DNA from: Marsupella aquatica
Lineage: Eukaryota > Plantae > Marchantiophyta
Assembly (NCBI GenBank): GCA_973895155.1
Contig: OZ316891.1
Coordinates: 20,720,169 to 20,784,168, forward strand
Direction of reading: 5' to 3'
Length of the DNA: 64,000 nucleotides
Below the pieces are notes generated by a model, which saw nothing but the letters and a program-made list of their open reading frames with translations, ran no database searches and had not been told where the DNA came from. The position numbers and the translations under genes were made by a program. Positions within the stretch are counted from its first letter, which is position 1, and every line of letters begins with the position of its first letter. Of the stretch, positions 62,147 through 64,000 are shown piece after piece.

Positions 62147-64000
62147 TAAAATCAAAATGCACTTCAACTTCTGTGCAATACTTTCTCTGTCTTAATAACT
62201 GTGTCGTAGTCAAGTACTCCTCCGGTGCAAGTCTCGACTCTGTGGAGTATCGAATATTGTGATATTGCTGTACTAGATTACTACAGTATATAAGCATGTC
62301 AGTGCATTAAACATTCATTTCTCAACAAAGGAAACCTGTAGAGATAAGTATTGTATGACCTACAATACATTTGTAAGCACTCAGAGATTTGGCGTTTAGT
62401 GAAACTAAGATGCATTTATAGAACCTGCATGCTTTCTACATTTTCCATGGGAATTTTTGGGGAGATAGCCCTGAGCCTGCACTTATCAACGTTATGCTTT
62501 TACAGATGTTGCACTAGACACGCTCTACTGTGTTTAAATCTAGAAAACATCTATATGGATTAATCACCATAAATTGGGGCGTCTCAGAGGTCGATCCTGA
62601 CTGGTGATGGCTTTGTGCCACAAACAAATGGCCTTAACATTTTCATGCAATTGTGTAAAAGTCTTGTTAAAGTTGTTTTCCCCTCGTCTTCACAGTGACT
62701 TCCCTTCATGGCATATGATCATTCTTTATGGTAAGAAGTTGACGGGGGCTTTACAAGAATCCCGGACAAGAATGAATGGACAAACATTGAGAGATCACAT
62801 TTGTTTTCAACAGGTCGATTAAGACTTCTCCTGACCAGAAACAATGGTCTGATATTAATGCATTTGATATTGTCATGACATGATGAGACAAGACCCAAAG
62901 GTGGTCAAACTACAACTACAAATAAGCATCTTGGTGGTCTCAACCATCCTTCTTTTTAGTGGCAACATTCACCAGATTCCACCAAAAATTCATTAGATTT
63001 ACACCAAAAAGTAAAAGGAACCGGTTGTGGATTGCAGTTGACAACTTTAACTACCTTGGGAGAAAGTAGTCAAGATGTCATGGTGATCCTGAGTAACGGC
63101 ATGACATCTTGAGTCTTTCAGGTCCAAGGTTTTCAAGTCATCAAATTACCAAAACCAGTTTGATAATGTAATTGAAAGGAGCTGCAAATGGTAAGGAGAC
63201 CATTTACAGGTCAAATTTCAATCAAAAGTGTACATAGTGTTATCTGAGTAAATTTTAAATGTTCTGACCAAGTATGTCCAATCTTTTACACTCCATCTGG
63301 TCTCCATCTGGGCTTCATAGACAAAGTGGAGGTCTATCGGCAGGCTTTAGTTTCTTGGTTATTACTAATAACCCCACAAGATTAAATAACAATCATTTGT
63401 TCCCACCAGGATTTAAAAGTTAGACGAGTGATTTCCAAGGGCCTGTATGTGAATGGTTCTGATGAAATGTAAATGCTCTCTGAAGCTACAGTCAAATTTG
63501 GTACTCTCTTTCTTGTAAATGCCTCTACACTCTATCAAGCGATTAAGTATCCACTATCCCGACATTCGTTCATGCTCCAGAGCTTGACCTCGTCAGGATG
63601 AGCTTTACTTTGCACCATGACTTGACTTGCCTGGACGATTTTGTGGCAGGGCTGATCTCAGGAAGAATTTTACTTCACGCCATGACTTGACTGGAAGTTA
63701 TTGTGGCAGGGCTGGTCTCAGGGAGAATTTTACTTCACACCATCGATCATGACTTGACTGGAAGTTATTGTGGGTACATGACTTGCAATCACAGTAGCTC
63801 TGCCAGGGCTCTTTGTGGTCACATTAATGTATTGCATACTGGTGCTTTTAGCTTGCCTACTGAAGCTCGATGACTGCAAACTGTGATCTGTCTTCCTGCC
63901 TGACTCATCCGCCCTGCCTGCCATGTGAGCTCATGTGGCCGCCAATACATTCACTCAAGGATTTGGATCGATCTAATGCGCAACGCGGGAGCCGGGAGAG

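Overview
Eukaryotic land-plant genomic DNA with GT-AG introns. Gene content and intron style suggest a bryophyte, possibly a liverwort (inference). Seven host protein-coding genes can be reconstructed: a GRF-interacting factor (GIF/AN3, SSXT domain); Pol III subunit RPC17/CRCP; an eEF1A-KNMT/METTL13-C-terminal-like methyltransferase nested on the same strand inside an RPC17 intron; a TRAIP-like RING E3 ligase; a CIAF1-like LYR protein; DEAD-box helicase RH17/DDX31, with a probable U12-type intron; and a DUF4228/PADRE protein. Mobile DNA includes a full-length but coding-defective Ty1/copia element with near-identical LTRs, two solo LTRs of the same lineage, a 5'-truncated LINE with a 15-bp TSD, Helitron-, Tc1/mariner- and MITE-like remnants, and several tandem repeats. 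The most striking items are (1) a 317-bp TRIM retrotransposon whose LTRs are built around a tRNA-derived Pol III promoter, (2) the same-strand nested gene, (3) a dense GTAC (SBP/Cu-response-like) cluster far from any gene, and (4) a perfect 51-bp-arm hairpin. All family names come from motif recognition, not database searches.
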